A DNA stretch of 50,845 nt from Oscillibacter sp. (GTDB lineage: Bacteria > Bacteroidota > Bacteroidia > Bacteroidales > Bacteroidaceae), in NCBI GenBank assembly GCA_963594595.1, contig CAVBFA010000002.1, positions 1-50,845 on the forward strand, given 5' to 3'. The position numbers and the translations under genes are program-made. Position 1 is the first letter of the stretch, and every line of letters begins with the position of its first letter. This document shows positions 29,038 to 38,316 of the stretch, piece after piece. Below the pieces are notes generated by a model. It searched no databases. It was given only the letters and a program-made list of their open reading frames with translations, and was not told where the DNA came from.

Positions 29038-29181
29038 CTACCAACCAAAGAACTTTCCTCCATCATCACAAGTTTTCTCCCAATCGGATTTGCCCCACAA
29101 CGTTCGTTTGTGGCGTTTCTTCGTTTTGTCGTGTTTTGCAATGACAAGCAACACTGCAATGATTATCAATATCGGTCCCAT
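29038..29181 (-). CDS. Small membrane protein, 47 aa (not in ORF track)
   Basis: ATG 4 nt after M23 stop; MGPILIIIAVLLVIAKHDKTKKRHKRTLWGKSDWEKTCDDGGKFFGW; hydrophobic helix then basic patch. Confidence 0.6.
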   Translation of the reverse strand: MGPILIIIAVLLVIAKHDKTKKRHKRTLWGKSDWEKTCDDGGKFFGW

Positions 29182-29185
29182 ATGT

Positions 29186-29833
29186 TCACTCCTTATTAAA
29201 TAATTGTTCTGTAACAAACCTCAGTATCAACATAGGATTAAAGAATTTGCCCCTCTCATTTTTCCATCTGCATGAAATGTGAAGATGTGGGCCTGTCGTC
29301 CTTTTACCAGAGTTTCCGCTGATGGCGATAATATATCCTGCCGTGACACGCTGTCCTGTCCTTACCAATATCTTTGACAGATGTAGGTAGGAGCATACAC
29401 ATATGCCATGATTGATGGTCACATAATACCCACCATTTGTGGAGTATGATGCAGCCGTAACCACACCTGGCAGCATGGAATACACCTCCTCAAACTTCGC
29501 TTTCAAGTCAAGCCCATTATGTATGCGTTTTGTCCGCTTGTTCATTGGGTCTTTCCGCACTCCAAATGGTGAATTGACTTGGATATGCTTCAATGGCAAT
29601 GAAACAGACAGAACATACTTTCTGATGCTATCCATTGGTGGATTGGTGATGTATTCAATATTCGCAACCTCATCAAAAGCATCAGCATCTCTATCCCTTA
29701 CATCATTGTTTCTGATTTTACCATAAGCATCCCCGACTGTGTTGAACGGAAAATGTCTATTGGTCTGTGCCATACTTTGGAAATGTGAAAACATGCCTAA
29801 GCAGACAACAAGAGCAATGAGGCGATTCCTCAT
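29186..29833 (-). CDS. M23 family peptidase with signal peptide
   Basis: Start reassigned to MRNRLI; HNGLD and GPHLH zinc motifs. Confidence 0.9.
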   Translation of the reverse strand: MRNRLIALVVCLGMFSHFQSMAQTNRHFPFNTVGDAYGKIRNNDVRDRDADAFDEVANIEYITNPPMDSIRKYVLSVSLPLKHIQVNSPFGVRKDPMNKRTKRIHNGLDLKAKFEEVYSMLPGVVTAASYSTNGGYYVTINHGICVCSYLHLSKILVRTGQRVTAGYIIAISGNSGKRTTGPHLHISCRWKNERGKFFNPMLILRFVTEQLFNKE

Positions 29834-29936
29834 ATACAAAGGTATAAAATATTTCTTACGTATCAAAATATTGAGCAATGTATTTATGGGTGATTTATTA
29901 AAATGTGCGTTTTTGATTATAACAATATTTTGAGCA

Positions 29937-30629
29937 TTAGTCGCAAAATAATCTATTGTATATTGACTTTGCCATCTTTGCTACTTTGGTGATATATCGA
30001 GGGTCTTCTGCATATCCGATTCGTTTGAGAAAATTCAAGTAGTTTCCTCCCTTATACCTATACTGTATCATCTTCCCATAACCCACCACACTATCTTCCC
30101 ATCTTTCAAAGCGATAGTAATCCCTGTTCTTACTGTCATACAAGCCGAATAGGTTGTTGTATTCCTTACAGATCCTGCTGCTGAAATTTCCAGTTTCCAG
30201 CATTGCTTGCGCAAGCACAAATAATTTGTTTGAGAGACCTACTTCAGTTATTACGTCAGTCAAGTTCTTCAGATTAAGTTCTCTTGGGTTCCATTGACGA
30301 TAGCTATGTATTCTTTTGCTGTTACCGACTGATGGAACACGACTTGTGCTTTTCCTTAAAGATATTTCTCGATCATATTTTTCTATCAAATACTTCAACT
30401 CTTCAATAGAGTAAGATGACTGTTCTGTACTGGCATTCTGCTCTGGAAGTACAGGACTCGATGGTGACGAAATGCTGTCATTCGGATCGTCAAGGTGTAC
30501 ATTCTTCACGCTTGTTCTCTTTAAATTCGTATTACCCAATGAATAAAATCGTCCTGATGAAATTTGTGCGATACAAGTAGTGTTGAATGCCAATAGAACT
30601 ATGATTGCTGATATGAGTATTCTTTTCAT
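29937..30629 (-). CDS. GH73 glucosaminidase-family peptidoglycan hydrolase with signal peptide
   Basis: Start reassigned to MKRILI; AQAMLETG, NNLFG, GYAEDPRY. Confidence 0.88.
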   Translation of the reverse strand: MKRILISAIIVLLAFNTTCIAQISSGRFYSLGNTNLKRTSVKNVHLDDPNDSISSPSSPVLPEQNASTEQSSYSIEELKYLIEKYDREISLRKSTSRVPSVGNSKRIHSYRQWNPRELNLKNLTDVITEVGLSNKLFVLAQAMLETGNFSSRICKEYNNLFGLYDSKNRDYYRFERWEDSVVGYGKMIQYRYKGGNYLNFLKRIGYAEDPRYITKVAKMAKSIYNRLFCD

Positions 30630-30681
30630 GTTGCAAAGATAAATCACATGAGCATTACATATAATAAGGCAATCTTATAAT

Positions 30682-30697
30682 GCGCAATATATTGAGC
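30682..30697. promoter_or_regulatory. Palindromic operator-like site GCGCAATATATTGAGC
   Basis: 15/16 match to recurring palindrome; second copy at 30762-30777 (13/16). Confidence 0.65.
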
Positions 30698-30709
30698 AAA
30701 ACAGCTTTA

Positions 30710-30741
30710 TTGGTTCTATTCTGTGTGATGAATAGAACCAA
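30710..30741. promoter_or_regulatory. Inverted repeat TTGGTTCTA-N14-TAGAACCAA upstream of second operon
   Basis: Same arms and spacer as 10562-10593; 67 nt before TAACTTTG (30809-30816). Confidence 0.7.
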
Positions 30742-30845
30742 TGAATGAAAAACCATACAAATCTCAATGAATTGAGCATAATTCTATATAAGTGAACATA
30801 AACGAAAGTAACTTTGCTAAAGATTACATTTACAAAAATACGTTT

Positions 30846-31703
30846 ATGACGAATAAAAGATTTCATAGGGACGAATATCCATTTGACATTCTCGGTGAGT
30901 TCGGACTCACTGAGAACATGATTTATGACCTCCCTGATTATGTTCACGAGAACATTGAGATGGGTGGAATGTCTCCATTATTGCCCATATCAATCAAGCA
31001 ACCGTTTGGTTGCACTCACTGCTACGCCAAGTTCTGCCTCATAGAAGTAGAAGATGGTATAGATGTGTTGTTTTCGCCAAAACTGAAGGAAGCAGACCTT
31101 TCAAATTTCTTGAAACAAGACCGACAGTTGCTTCTGGAAGGAAAGACCATCGTTTCAGAAGTGGAGAAAGCCGTCTTGTTGGATGATGGAACGGAAAACA
31201 AAAGAAGGGTAAAGGCATTTGTCCAATTGGATAAAGAGACAAACAGCGTAGTCTATGCCCCTACACAGATTATTGGCCGAAACCTACAGACAGTCACCAA
31301 TGAGTTTGATCTATCGGAGAGTGAGCTTCAAGGATTTTGGAAAGGCGAGCTGGTCACTACTGAAATGTCCGATGAGGACAAAGTTACAGCCAATATCACC
31401 ATAGGTATAGACCTCTTTTCAGAAAAGGGTGTGGTCTTAATTCCTGGTGGTGCAGCACAATGGAAACGAGTCGTTCATAAATCCATGCCTGAATACAATT
31501 TTGGCAATGATGGATGTTGGGTTAACAGACATGGAATGTTGGAGTATGTTCCAGAGGAGAATTTCACACAAGACATTTTGGAAGCTCTGGAAAGACAAGC
31601 GCGTCAATCTGGTATACCTAAGGAGAATCTTCAGAACATTTCTGTCGGACATTCCTTCCCAAATAGTGAAGCATACGATGATGCCCGACAAATCACAAGA
31701 TAA
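30846..31703 (+). CDS. DUF4099-like protein
   Basis: Start reassigned to MTNKRF (after the -7 element); EYPFDILGEFGLTENMI and AFVQLDKETN resemble segments of the DUF3945/DUF4099 gene at 49628-50659. Confidence 0.75.
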   Translation: MTNKRFHRDEYPFDILGEFGLTENMIYDLPDYVHENIEMGGMSPLLPISIKQPFGCTHCYAKFCLIEVEDGIDVLFSPKLKEADLSNFLKQDRQLLLEGKTIVSEVEKAVLLDDGTENKRRVKAFVQLDKETNSVVYAPTQIIGRNLQTVTNEFDLSESELQGFWKGELVTTEMSDEDKVTANITIGIDLFSEKGVVLIPGGAAQWKRVVHKSMPEYNFGNDGCWVNRHGMLEYVPEENFTQDILEALERQARQSGIPKENLQNISVGHSFPNSEAYDDARQITR

Positions 31704-31726
31704 ACCAATCATTAAATTAAAACAAA

Positions 31727-31942
31727 ATGCCAATGAATTATCCCGATTATGACACCCTGCGTGAAGAATACGAAGCAGGGAACATCACTGCTGTTGATTT
31801 CGTACTACAGCAATCAGATGAGGTAACAGAAGACTATCACCAGTTCTGCAAGGACGAGGGACTTTCACCAACCTCTGTAGAATCTGCAAAAGCCTTCATA
31901 GACTTTCGTGAAGAGCTTTTTGAAGAGAGTATCAGCAACTAA
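31727..31942 (+). CDS. Small acidic hypothetical protein
   Basis: 71 aa, operon-embedded, A-rich leader. Confidence 0.75.
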   Translation: MPMNYPDYDTLREEYEAGNITAVDFVLQQSDEVTEDYHQFCKDEGLSPTSVESAKAFIDFREELFEESISN

Positions 31943-31962
31943 TCACTTAAACAGAAGCGACT

Positions 31963-33600
31963 ATGAGCATCCGTTCAGAATCTATGCCTTATCGTGGAGA
32001 ACTCTCGTACCAGTTACAAGACCTTCTCCGCAGAAATGGTATGAAAGCCCAACTTGTCGTAGAGCAAGACCAATACAAGTTGTTGGTACAGGGGCATGAC
32101 TCTCCTTTGTTGGAATATCCCATCAACGAGAAGCAGTTCAAGGCTCTCGCTGACGGTGGTACCAACTATGCCAACAAGAATGCCTACAAGACGTTTAACA
32201 ACATCGTCGGAAGGGATTTCGATATGCCATCATCCTATGTGGCAGCAAGAAATGTCAACGGTCGTGTTGCCATGGGACTTCATGGTTATAGAGAAAGATT
32301 CTATGAACGCCATCCTAATATTCCGCCACACGCCTTTGGGAGGGATTTCTTAGGTTGGACACCGAGAATGCAGGAAGGTTTCCATTTGCGCAGAATGAGT
32401 GGCGTTGCCGTTTCACCGATGGTTGTAGAACATTCCGATGGACGTTTACGTCCGGGAGAACTCAAAAGTGGCAGTTATGGTTATTACTACAAAGGTGATA
32501 GCAAAAGTCAGAGCATGGATCCACTGAAAGATATGCAAGCCTACTTTCCTGCTGTTGTAACACGTCCAAGACCCCAAGAGCCAGCCAAGCCATACAAGGA
32601 GCTTATAACCTCAAATGTTTATTTCACCAATGAAAAGTGGCAAGAAGTGCTTTCGTCCCATGGTATCATTGTGGATGCCGACAAAAAGACACTGACTGTA
32701 CAATCCAATGGTACACAGCAGGATTTCGTTTATGACCTGACAGACAACGAAGTCAAGAAACTGACAGACAATTCGTTGAAGAGCACTCCACTCAACGAGC
32801 GTCTGAGCATCTTGAACAATGCCATCAGCGGAGACTTCAAAGACAAGGTAACGATGGATATGCTCAACAGTAAAGAGCGCATCTCTATCACATTGAAGCC
32901 AGAAGTGGAAGAGTCTTTCCGCAAACAACTTCAGGAAGATGTGCAAGTTGTCAGTGATCCGTTGGAAAATGAGCAGCATTTTGCACCGACACTAAATCCA
33001 GAACAAGGTTACGCAAATGGCAAGGACCTTGAAGCCATGAATGAGCGTAAAGGGTGGTATCGTGAAGGTAAACATGGCCGTGAAGTTGAAGTCGGTGATA
33101 TTTGGGTGGAAAAGGTTCCTTCAAAAGTTCAACAGGAAGCCAAGCAACCTCAAAAAGATCAAAAAGACGACGAGAAGTTCACCTACCGTATGAGCGCGGT
33201 CATCAATGGAGAAGTTATCACGCATGAAATCAGCAAGAAGCAATACGACAAGTTCATGGCCGTGGATGACTATCAACGCCAACGCATGATGTCAAAGATA
33301 TTCAATGAGGTTGACATGAAAACCAGACCGGAAATGCGTCAAGGGTTCAACTTGGGAGCATTCCTGGGTGCCGGACTTACAGCAATGAGTGAAGCAACCT
33401 ACCTTGGTGCAGACATCGCACACAATGTTGAGCATATCAAGCATCCCCATCCATCCCCGGAGATTCACCAAGAAGTTCATGGTAGTGGACGCATATATGT
33501 CAAGCCGGGAGTTGACTCACCACAGGATATTGCAGAAAGAGCTTTTGAAGCAGGGCTCAACGTCGGTGCGCACAGCCACGGTATGGGACATGGAAGATAA
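31963..33600 (+). CDS. Hypothetical protein with C-terminal GMGHGR tail
   Basis: 545-aa ORF in operon; no signal peptide. Confidence 0.85.
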   Translation: MSIRSESMPYRGELSYQLQDLLRRNGMKAQLVVEQDQYKLLVQGHDSPLLEYPINEKQFKALADGGTNYANKNAYKTFNNIVGRDFDMPSSYVAARNVNGRVAMGLHGYRERFYERHPNIPPHAFGRDFLGWTPRMQEGFHLRRMSGVAVSPMVVEHSDGRLRPGELKSGSYGYYYKGDSKSQSMDPLKDMQAYFPAVVTRPRPQEPAKPYKELITSNVYFTNEKWQEVLSSHGIIVDADKKTLTVQSNGTQQDFVYDLTDNEVKKLTDNSLKSTPLNERLSILNNAISGDFKDKVTMDMLNSKERISITLKPEVEESFRKQLQEDVQVVSDPLENEQHFAPTLNPEQGYANGKDLEAMNERKGWYREGKHGREVEVGDIWVEKVPSKVQQEAKQPQKDQKDDEKFTYRMSAVINGEVITHEISKKQYDKFMAVDDYQRQRMMSKIFNEVDMKTRPEMRQGFNLGAFLGAGLTAMSEATYLGADIAHNVEHIKHPHPSPEIHQEVHGSGRIYVKPGVDSPQDIAERAFEAGLNVGAHSHGMGHGR

Positions 33601-33620
33601 ACAACTTAAAATATAAAGCA

Positions 33621-33869
33621 ATGAGTAAAAAGAAAAAGAGAAAACAACAGTATAGCGTATCTCCAGAAGAGATTCGGCTTATTGAGAAAGACCTTGGAGT
33701 GGAATTTATCGATTTCTACAAGGGCATTTTCAAATCCAATGGTATTGTCTGGAAGCCGGTGAAAAACGGAATCGAACTCCTATGTGCAGCTTGGGATAAT
33801 GTTCCGATGTTACAAATCTCATCAGGACGTTCCGCATGCCAATTCGTTCCTTTGGAGTGGGAACCATAA
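33621..33869 (+). CDS. Small hypothetical protein
   Basis: 82-aa ORF filling the gap in the operon with an A-rich leader. Confidence 0.65.
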   Translation: MSKKKKRKQQYSVSPEEIRLIEKDLGVEFIDFYKGIFKSNGIVWKPVKNGIELLCAAWDNVPMLQISSGRSACQFVPLEWEP

Positions 33870-33897
33870 AATGCAGTCAAAGTAACTAACTATAATT

Positions 33898-35652
33898 TTG
33901 GCAGACCAATTATCATACGACGATTTCAAGGCACGGATTGACATTCAAGACGTGTTGAAGGACGCAGGCTATCACTTCTATCGATGTGATGGCTTGCGCT
34001 ATCCCTCATATGTACGTCTTGACAGCAATGGAGGCCGGGTCAGAGGAGACAAGTTCATTGTGACAGCAAACGGGAAATGCTGTTTCCAACCGCCACAGCA
34101 GAAAGTGTACAATGTCATTTCTTTTATCACGGAGCATCCAGATTTCTTTCAGGAATACCATGCCGGTATCAATCCGCATCATCTTGTAAATCTTGTCTGT
34201 AACCGTCTACTGAACAATCCAATAGAATACGATATGCGCAACATCATAGAACCCAGACATAACATCAAGCCTTTTGACATTAAGGATTACACAGTCCTAA
34301 AATTCAAAAAGCACGATATGGAGAACATCAAGAAGTTCTATCCATTCTTCAAGAGTCGCATGATAGATATTGCCACTCAAAAAGCCTTTGGCTCATCGTT
34401 CATGCTTGCCACAAGACAGGCTTCGGAACAGAAAGGACGGTATTTCAAAAATTTATCCTTCCCACTGTACATACCAGGGCAGACTGCCGTTGTCGGTTTT
34501 GAAGAAAGAAGCAAGCCACGTCTTGACGGCACAAGCGGCTACAAAGGAAAGGCTCTTGGCAGCAATTCGTCTGAAGGGCTATGGATAGCAAGTCCTAATG
34601 GTACGGAACTGAAAGATGCAAAAGATGTCCTGTGGTTTGAAAGTGCCTATGATGCAATGGCATATTACCAACTATGCGCACACAAGGACAAGTCGCTCGC
34701 TGATGCGGTTTTCCTCTCAACAGGCGGCAACCCAACCGTCCTGCAGTTCCGTGGAGTAATCAAAGAAGCTCAGAATGCCTGTCACCACTTATGTTTCGAC
34801 AATGACATGGCAGGAAAACAGTTCGTTTTGAATTTCAATACGGAGCTTAAACACGTCAAGGAAAGCATCCCCAAATATGGTGAAGACATGGTGGAATACA
34901 TGGGCTCGCTTATGGATAAAGACAACTTTCTGTCAGGTAATGAAGACTTTTTGCCTGATGATGTTGGCAAACTATATGGCAAGTATGAAACGGAAGCGGA
35001 GGAATACATGTCCATGAAATACAGTGGATTGTGTTATGAAGGCGATGTCAAAGACCAATTGGATAAAGCCAACCGCTTACATAAAGAGTATGTCAACAAG
35101 ATGAAAGAGAAGCTATGTATCGGAAGCGAACAGGGGCATCTCAAAGACCTTGGCACATACGACATCCCTGATTGGGCTATCTGCGCTATTGAAAATGGTG
35201 ACTATGAAGGATTGACAGAGGAAGAGGAAACACTTGTAACGGAGTTCCTTGAAAAGCATTTCCCTGAAGGTTATGTGTCAAATATAGACTTTGACAATTA
35301 TAACGAGCTCAATCTCTATCCTGCCTTTGGCACGAGAAACAGCAATGCTTTGGTCAGTCACGGAGAGTCACCATATGAAGCGGTAAAGACCTATTCCGTA
35401 CAGTTCTTCCATCCTACACAACGTGAAAGTTATGCCCTGCCAAACCTTACGGTTGTCCGTGAAGTCCCTGAAGACGGCAGCAAAGATTGGAATGACCAGC
35501 TAATCCGTCAAGAAACAGAACGGATTGTGCAAAAAAGTCAAGGCGGTGAAGACGATAGGACTGTAAGTGCAGGAATAGACCTTAACAGCGACGGTGAGAT
35601 TGAAATCAGCGAGAGTGATGAGAAGAAGCACCGTCACAATATAGGCAGATAA
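33898..35652 (+). CDS. Toprim-domain (TraP/DUF3991-like) primase-like protein
   Basis: WFESAYDAMAY, LSTGGNP, CFDND and KDWND motifs; acidic insertion before KDWND. Confidence 0.85.
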   Translation: MADQLSYDDFKARIDIQDVLKDAGYHFYRCDGLRYPSYVRLDSNGGRVRGDKFIVTANGKCCFQPPQQKVYNVISFITEHPDFFQEYHAGINPHHLVNLVCNRLLNNPIEYDMRNIIEPRHNIKPFDIKDYTVLKFKKHDMENIKKFYPFFKSRMIDIATQKAFGSSFMLATRQASEQKGRYFKNLSFPLYIPGQTAVVGFEERSKPRLDGTSGYKGKALGSNSSEGLWIASPNGTELKDAKDVLWFESAYDAMAYYQLCAHKDKSLADAVFLSTGGNPTVLQFRGVIKEAQNACHHLCFDNDMAGKQFVLNFNTELKHVKESIPKYGEDMVEYMGSLMDKDNFLSGNEDFLPDDVGKLYGKYETEAEEYMSMKYSGLCYEGDVKDQLDKANRLHKEYVNKMKEKLCIGSEQGHLKDLGTYDIPDWAICAIENGDYEGLTEEEETLVTEFLEKHFPEGYVSNIDFDNYNELNLYPAFGTRNSNALVSHGESPYEAVKTYSVQFFHPTQRESYALPNLTVVREVPEDGSKDWNDQLIRQETERIVQKSQGGEDDRTVSAGIDLNSDGEIEISESDEKKHRHNIGR

Positions 35653-35653
35653 T

Positions 35654-36145
35654 ATGAGCATATCATATCCATCCATAAGAATACATCCTTCAGTGATGCA
35701 GTTCTACACAGAAGAAGGAATGACCATTGCCAGTGTTATTGTCCTGGTAGCGTTGGCAGGTTATGACGGTCTCACTCCAAGGTGGATGCCACCTTATATA
35801 ATAGGTGTAGCCGTCATCTTAATCCTTTACTTGCTCTATCAGTATCTGTATGTGACTCGAACGGTATATGTAATCACATCGGAGCAGTTGAAATACGAGT
35901 GTGGAGTCTTCTCTTGTAGCAGGGATTTCATTGAATTGTACAGGGTCATAGATTACAGTGAGCAGCGTTCCTTCCTCCAGATGTTATTGGGTATTAAAAC
36001 AATCAGCATTTATAGCGGAGATAGAACCCACCCACGTCTTGACTTTGTAGGCATTAGCAATAAGGTGGACCTGATTCCCACGATACGAGAACGAGTTGAA
36101 TTAAACAAAAAGCGTCACAATATACATGAATTTACGAACACATAA
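35654..36145 (+). CDS. Membrane protein with bacterial PH (bPH_2) domain
   Basis: Two TM helices then YVITSEQL...GVFS...IELYRV...LQMLLGIKTI. Confidence 0.82.
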   Translation: MSISYPSIRIHPSVMQFYTEEGMTIASVIVLVALAGYDGLTPRWMPPYIIGVAVILILYLLYQYLYVTRTVYVITSEQLKYECGVFSCSRDFIELYRVIDYSEQRSFLQMLLGIKTISIYSGDRTHPRLDFVGISNKVDLIPTIRERVELNKKRHNIHEFTNT

Positions 36146-36905
36146 AACATTCCGCAAATTGGAAAATCGTTTGTTTCCCTTTGGTAAAGATGATGCCAAC
36201 GGCAAATGGCTCATTGTGTCTGTTGTCGCATTGATACTGCTGTTGATAACAAGCAGTCGAACATATGGGCAGGTTGTAACCTCGAACCCTGGCGAATACA
36301 CAATCCTCGCTACTGGCAACAATCTCATTAACGGAACCGTCAAGTCGGAAACCCAAGCACAGCGTAATACTGCACTGGCGCAAAATGTGATGGCAGGAGA
36401 ATTTACCAAGATGAAACAATGGGAGAAAGATTATAACAGTTATCTGAAAACTGCCACAAACTATGCTTCCGCATTAAAGGCTGCTACGCACATCTATGAT
36501 GATGGCGTGCGCATATTGCTGACACTTGGAAAACTAAGAAAAGCTGTCAACAACAACCCACAAGGTATAGCCGCTACTGTAAGCATGAAAAATCTCTATA
36601 TGGAAACAACTACAGAAATGCTGTCGGTGTTCACATTGTTAAAGGATGCCATTGCCAAAGGCGGATCAACCAATATGCTCACTGGAGCCGAACGTTCCAA
36701 AACCTTATGGGAACTGGAAGACAAACTGTTCTCATTTTCACATAAGTTGCATTTGTTGTATATCAGTATACGTCATTACCAGATGAGTGATGTCTGGAAC
36801 CGAGCTACAGCAGGAATGATTGAAAGGGACAAGCATGAAGTGGCATTGCAGTCATTGTCACATTGGAAGCGTTATGCCAAAGAAGTTTCACTGTATTCAA
36901 AGTAG
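36126..36905 (+). CDS. Secreted helical protein (VirB5-like by inference)
   Basis: Hydrophobic leader ending TYGQ; W/Y-x-K-x-Y-N-S-Y-L-K block shared with next ORF. Confidence 0.75.
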   Translation: MNLRTHKTFRKLENRLFPFGKDDANGKWLIVSVVALILLLITSSRTYGQVVTSNPGEYTILATGNNLINGTVKSETQAQRNTALAQNVMAGEFTKMKQWEKDYNSYLKTATNYASALKAATHIYDDGVRILLTLGKLRKAVNNNPQGIAATVSMKNLYMETTTEMLSVFTLLKDAIAKGGSTNMLTGAERSKTLWELEDKLFSFSHKLHLLYISIRHYQMSDVWNRATAGMIERDKHEVALQSLSHWKRYAKEVSLYSK

Positions 36906-36908
36906 CGT

Positions 36909-37604
36909 ATGAAGACCATTGTATTACCCATATTACTTGGCTTACTCGTATGGATGAATCCTACAAGAAGCTATGCACAGATGGATCCTGTCTTGACCGG
37001 TATGATTATAGACTACACCAACAAGGCAAAGTCGCAATACAACTCACAGTTGAAAACTATGGCAACAGAAACCGAGGGACATGTATGGCTGAAGCAGGAA
37101 GTGGAGAGTACAGCCAACTATCAGAAACAGTTTGACAACTATCTGAAATCCTTCCGTAGCATCATCTCATACGCTGCGCAAACCTACGGTTTCTATTATG
37201 AGATCAATCATCTGTGTGAGAACATGAACAAGTTGTCTGCACAGATTGGCAATGCGCCGACAAATGCCGTGGCCGTAGCCTTGCACAACAAGCGTAACGA
37301 CATTTATGTCAGCATCATAAACAAGAGCGTCGGCATCGTCAATACAATCCGTCAGGTGTGTATCAACAATAAGATGACCGAGAAGCAACGCATAGAACTG
37401 GTATTCTCTATCCGTCCTCAGCTAAAGGACATGAACTATCAGTTAGCAACATTGACAAAACTTGTCAGATGCACGAATATGGGACTTGTGTGGCACAACA
37501 TTGAATATGGCTCCTTGCCACATAGAACTGGTAAGGCAGGAATTATAGAAGACTGTCTGAGTGTGTGGAGAGTAAATGCAAAGAGTGTAAAACCTAAAAA
37601 ATAG
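36909..37604 (+). CDS. Secreted helical protein (VirB5/DUF4141-like by inference)
   Basis: Signal peptide ending SYAQ-MDP; YQKQFDNYLK and KMTEKQRIE motifs. Confidence 0.75.
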   Translation: MKTIVLPILLGLLVWMNPTRSYAQMDPVLTGMIIDYTNKAKSQYNSQLKTMATETEGHVWLKQEVESTANYQKQFDNYLKSFRSIISYAAQTYGFYYEINHLCENMNKLSAQIGNAPTNAVAVALHNKRNDIYVSIINKSVGIVNTIRQVCINNKMTEKQRIELVFSIRPQLKDMNYQLATLTKLVRCTNMGLVWHNIEYGSLPHRTGKAGIIEDCLSVWRVNAKSVKPKK

Positions 37605-37610
37605 AAAGAT

Positions 37611-38288
37611 ATGGGTTGGTTATCATTAGCTACAAGGGTTATACCCAAACTATGGAGAAGTGGAGTTAAAGTAACGTCCACGCTATGGAAAGGCGGCAGT
37701 TCCGTTGTTGGCGCTGTCGCAAAAAATCCGAAAACCACAGCAGTTGCAAGTGTGGCAACTTTCGCAGGATGGCAGAAACTTTCGCATCCAGACGAGTCCA
37801 TTGGTACAGCTGTAGGTAAAACGCTCCGTGGTGGAACAGACGGAACTGGAGACTTTGCGCACGATGTCGTAAACGGCTATACAGGTGAAAACACGGTAGA
37901 GCAAGTAAAGGACACCACAAACAAGGTCATTTCAGAAATTAAGGACACCGCAGCGGAAACAAAAGGATTGCTGGGAACTTTTGGGGACACATTGAAAGGC
38001 ATCAGCTCTTTCATCGGCAACATGTTTGGAGGCAACGGAACCAATATGTTTGGTAATTTCTTCAACAATCTTGCTTCGGGGAAAATCTCCGGTTGGGGAA
38101 TAGGTGCTTTGATAGCTGCTGCCTATATGGTATTTGGTCGGACTGGACTACTGGGAAAAGTCGGTGGCGCATTGATGGCCATGATGATGATAGGCAACAA
38201 CTCACAACGGCAGACACAGACAGTTGCCCAAGCCGAAAATCAAGAGATGATGCAAGATGAACAGCAACAACGCAACAGGCATCGGTAA
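37611..38288 (+). CDS. Gly-rich membrane-insertion-like protein
   Basis: Gly-zipper-like hydrophobic hairpin near C-terminus; Gln-rich tail ending RNRHR. Confidence 0.82.
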   Translation: MGWLSLATRVIPKLWRSGVKVTSTLWKGGSSVVGAVAKNPKTTAVASVATFAGWQKLSHPDESIGTAVGKTLRGGTDGTGDFAHDVVNGYTGENTVEQVKDTTNKVISEIKDTAAETKGLLGTFGDTLKGISSFIGNMFGGNGTNMFGNFFNNLASGKISGWGIGALIAAAYMVFGRTGLLGKVGGALMAMMMIGNNSQRQTQTVAQAENQEMMQDEQQQRNRHR

Positions 38289-38316
38289 TATCAGTAACAT
38301 CAATAATACGAATAAT

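Noticed and set aside
29186..30629. Prophage lysis cassette
   Set aside because: Both enzymes carry signal peptides, sit among conjugation genes, and no phage structural genes are present.
10562..30741. Invertible segment bounded by TTGGTTCTA repeats
   Set aside because: Each copy is a local palindrome at fixed promoter spacing, and no recombinase is present; regulator site is more parsimonious.
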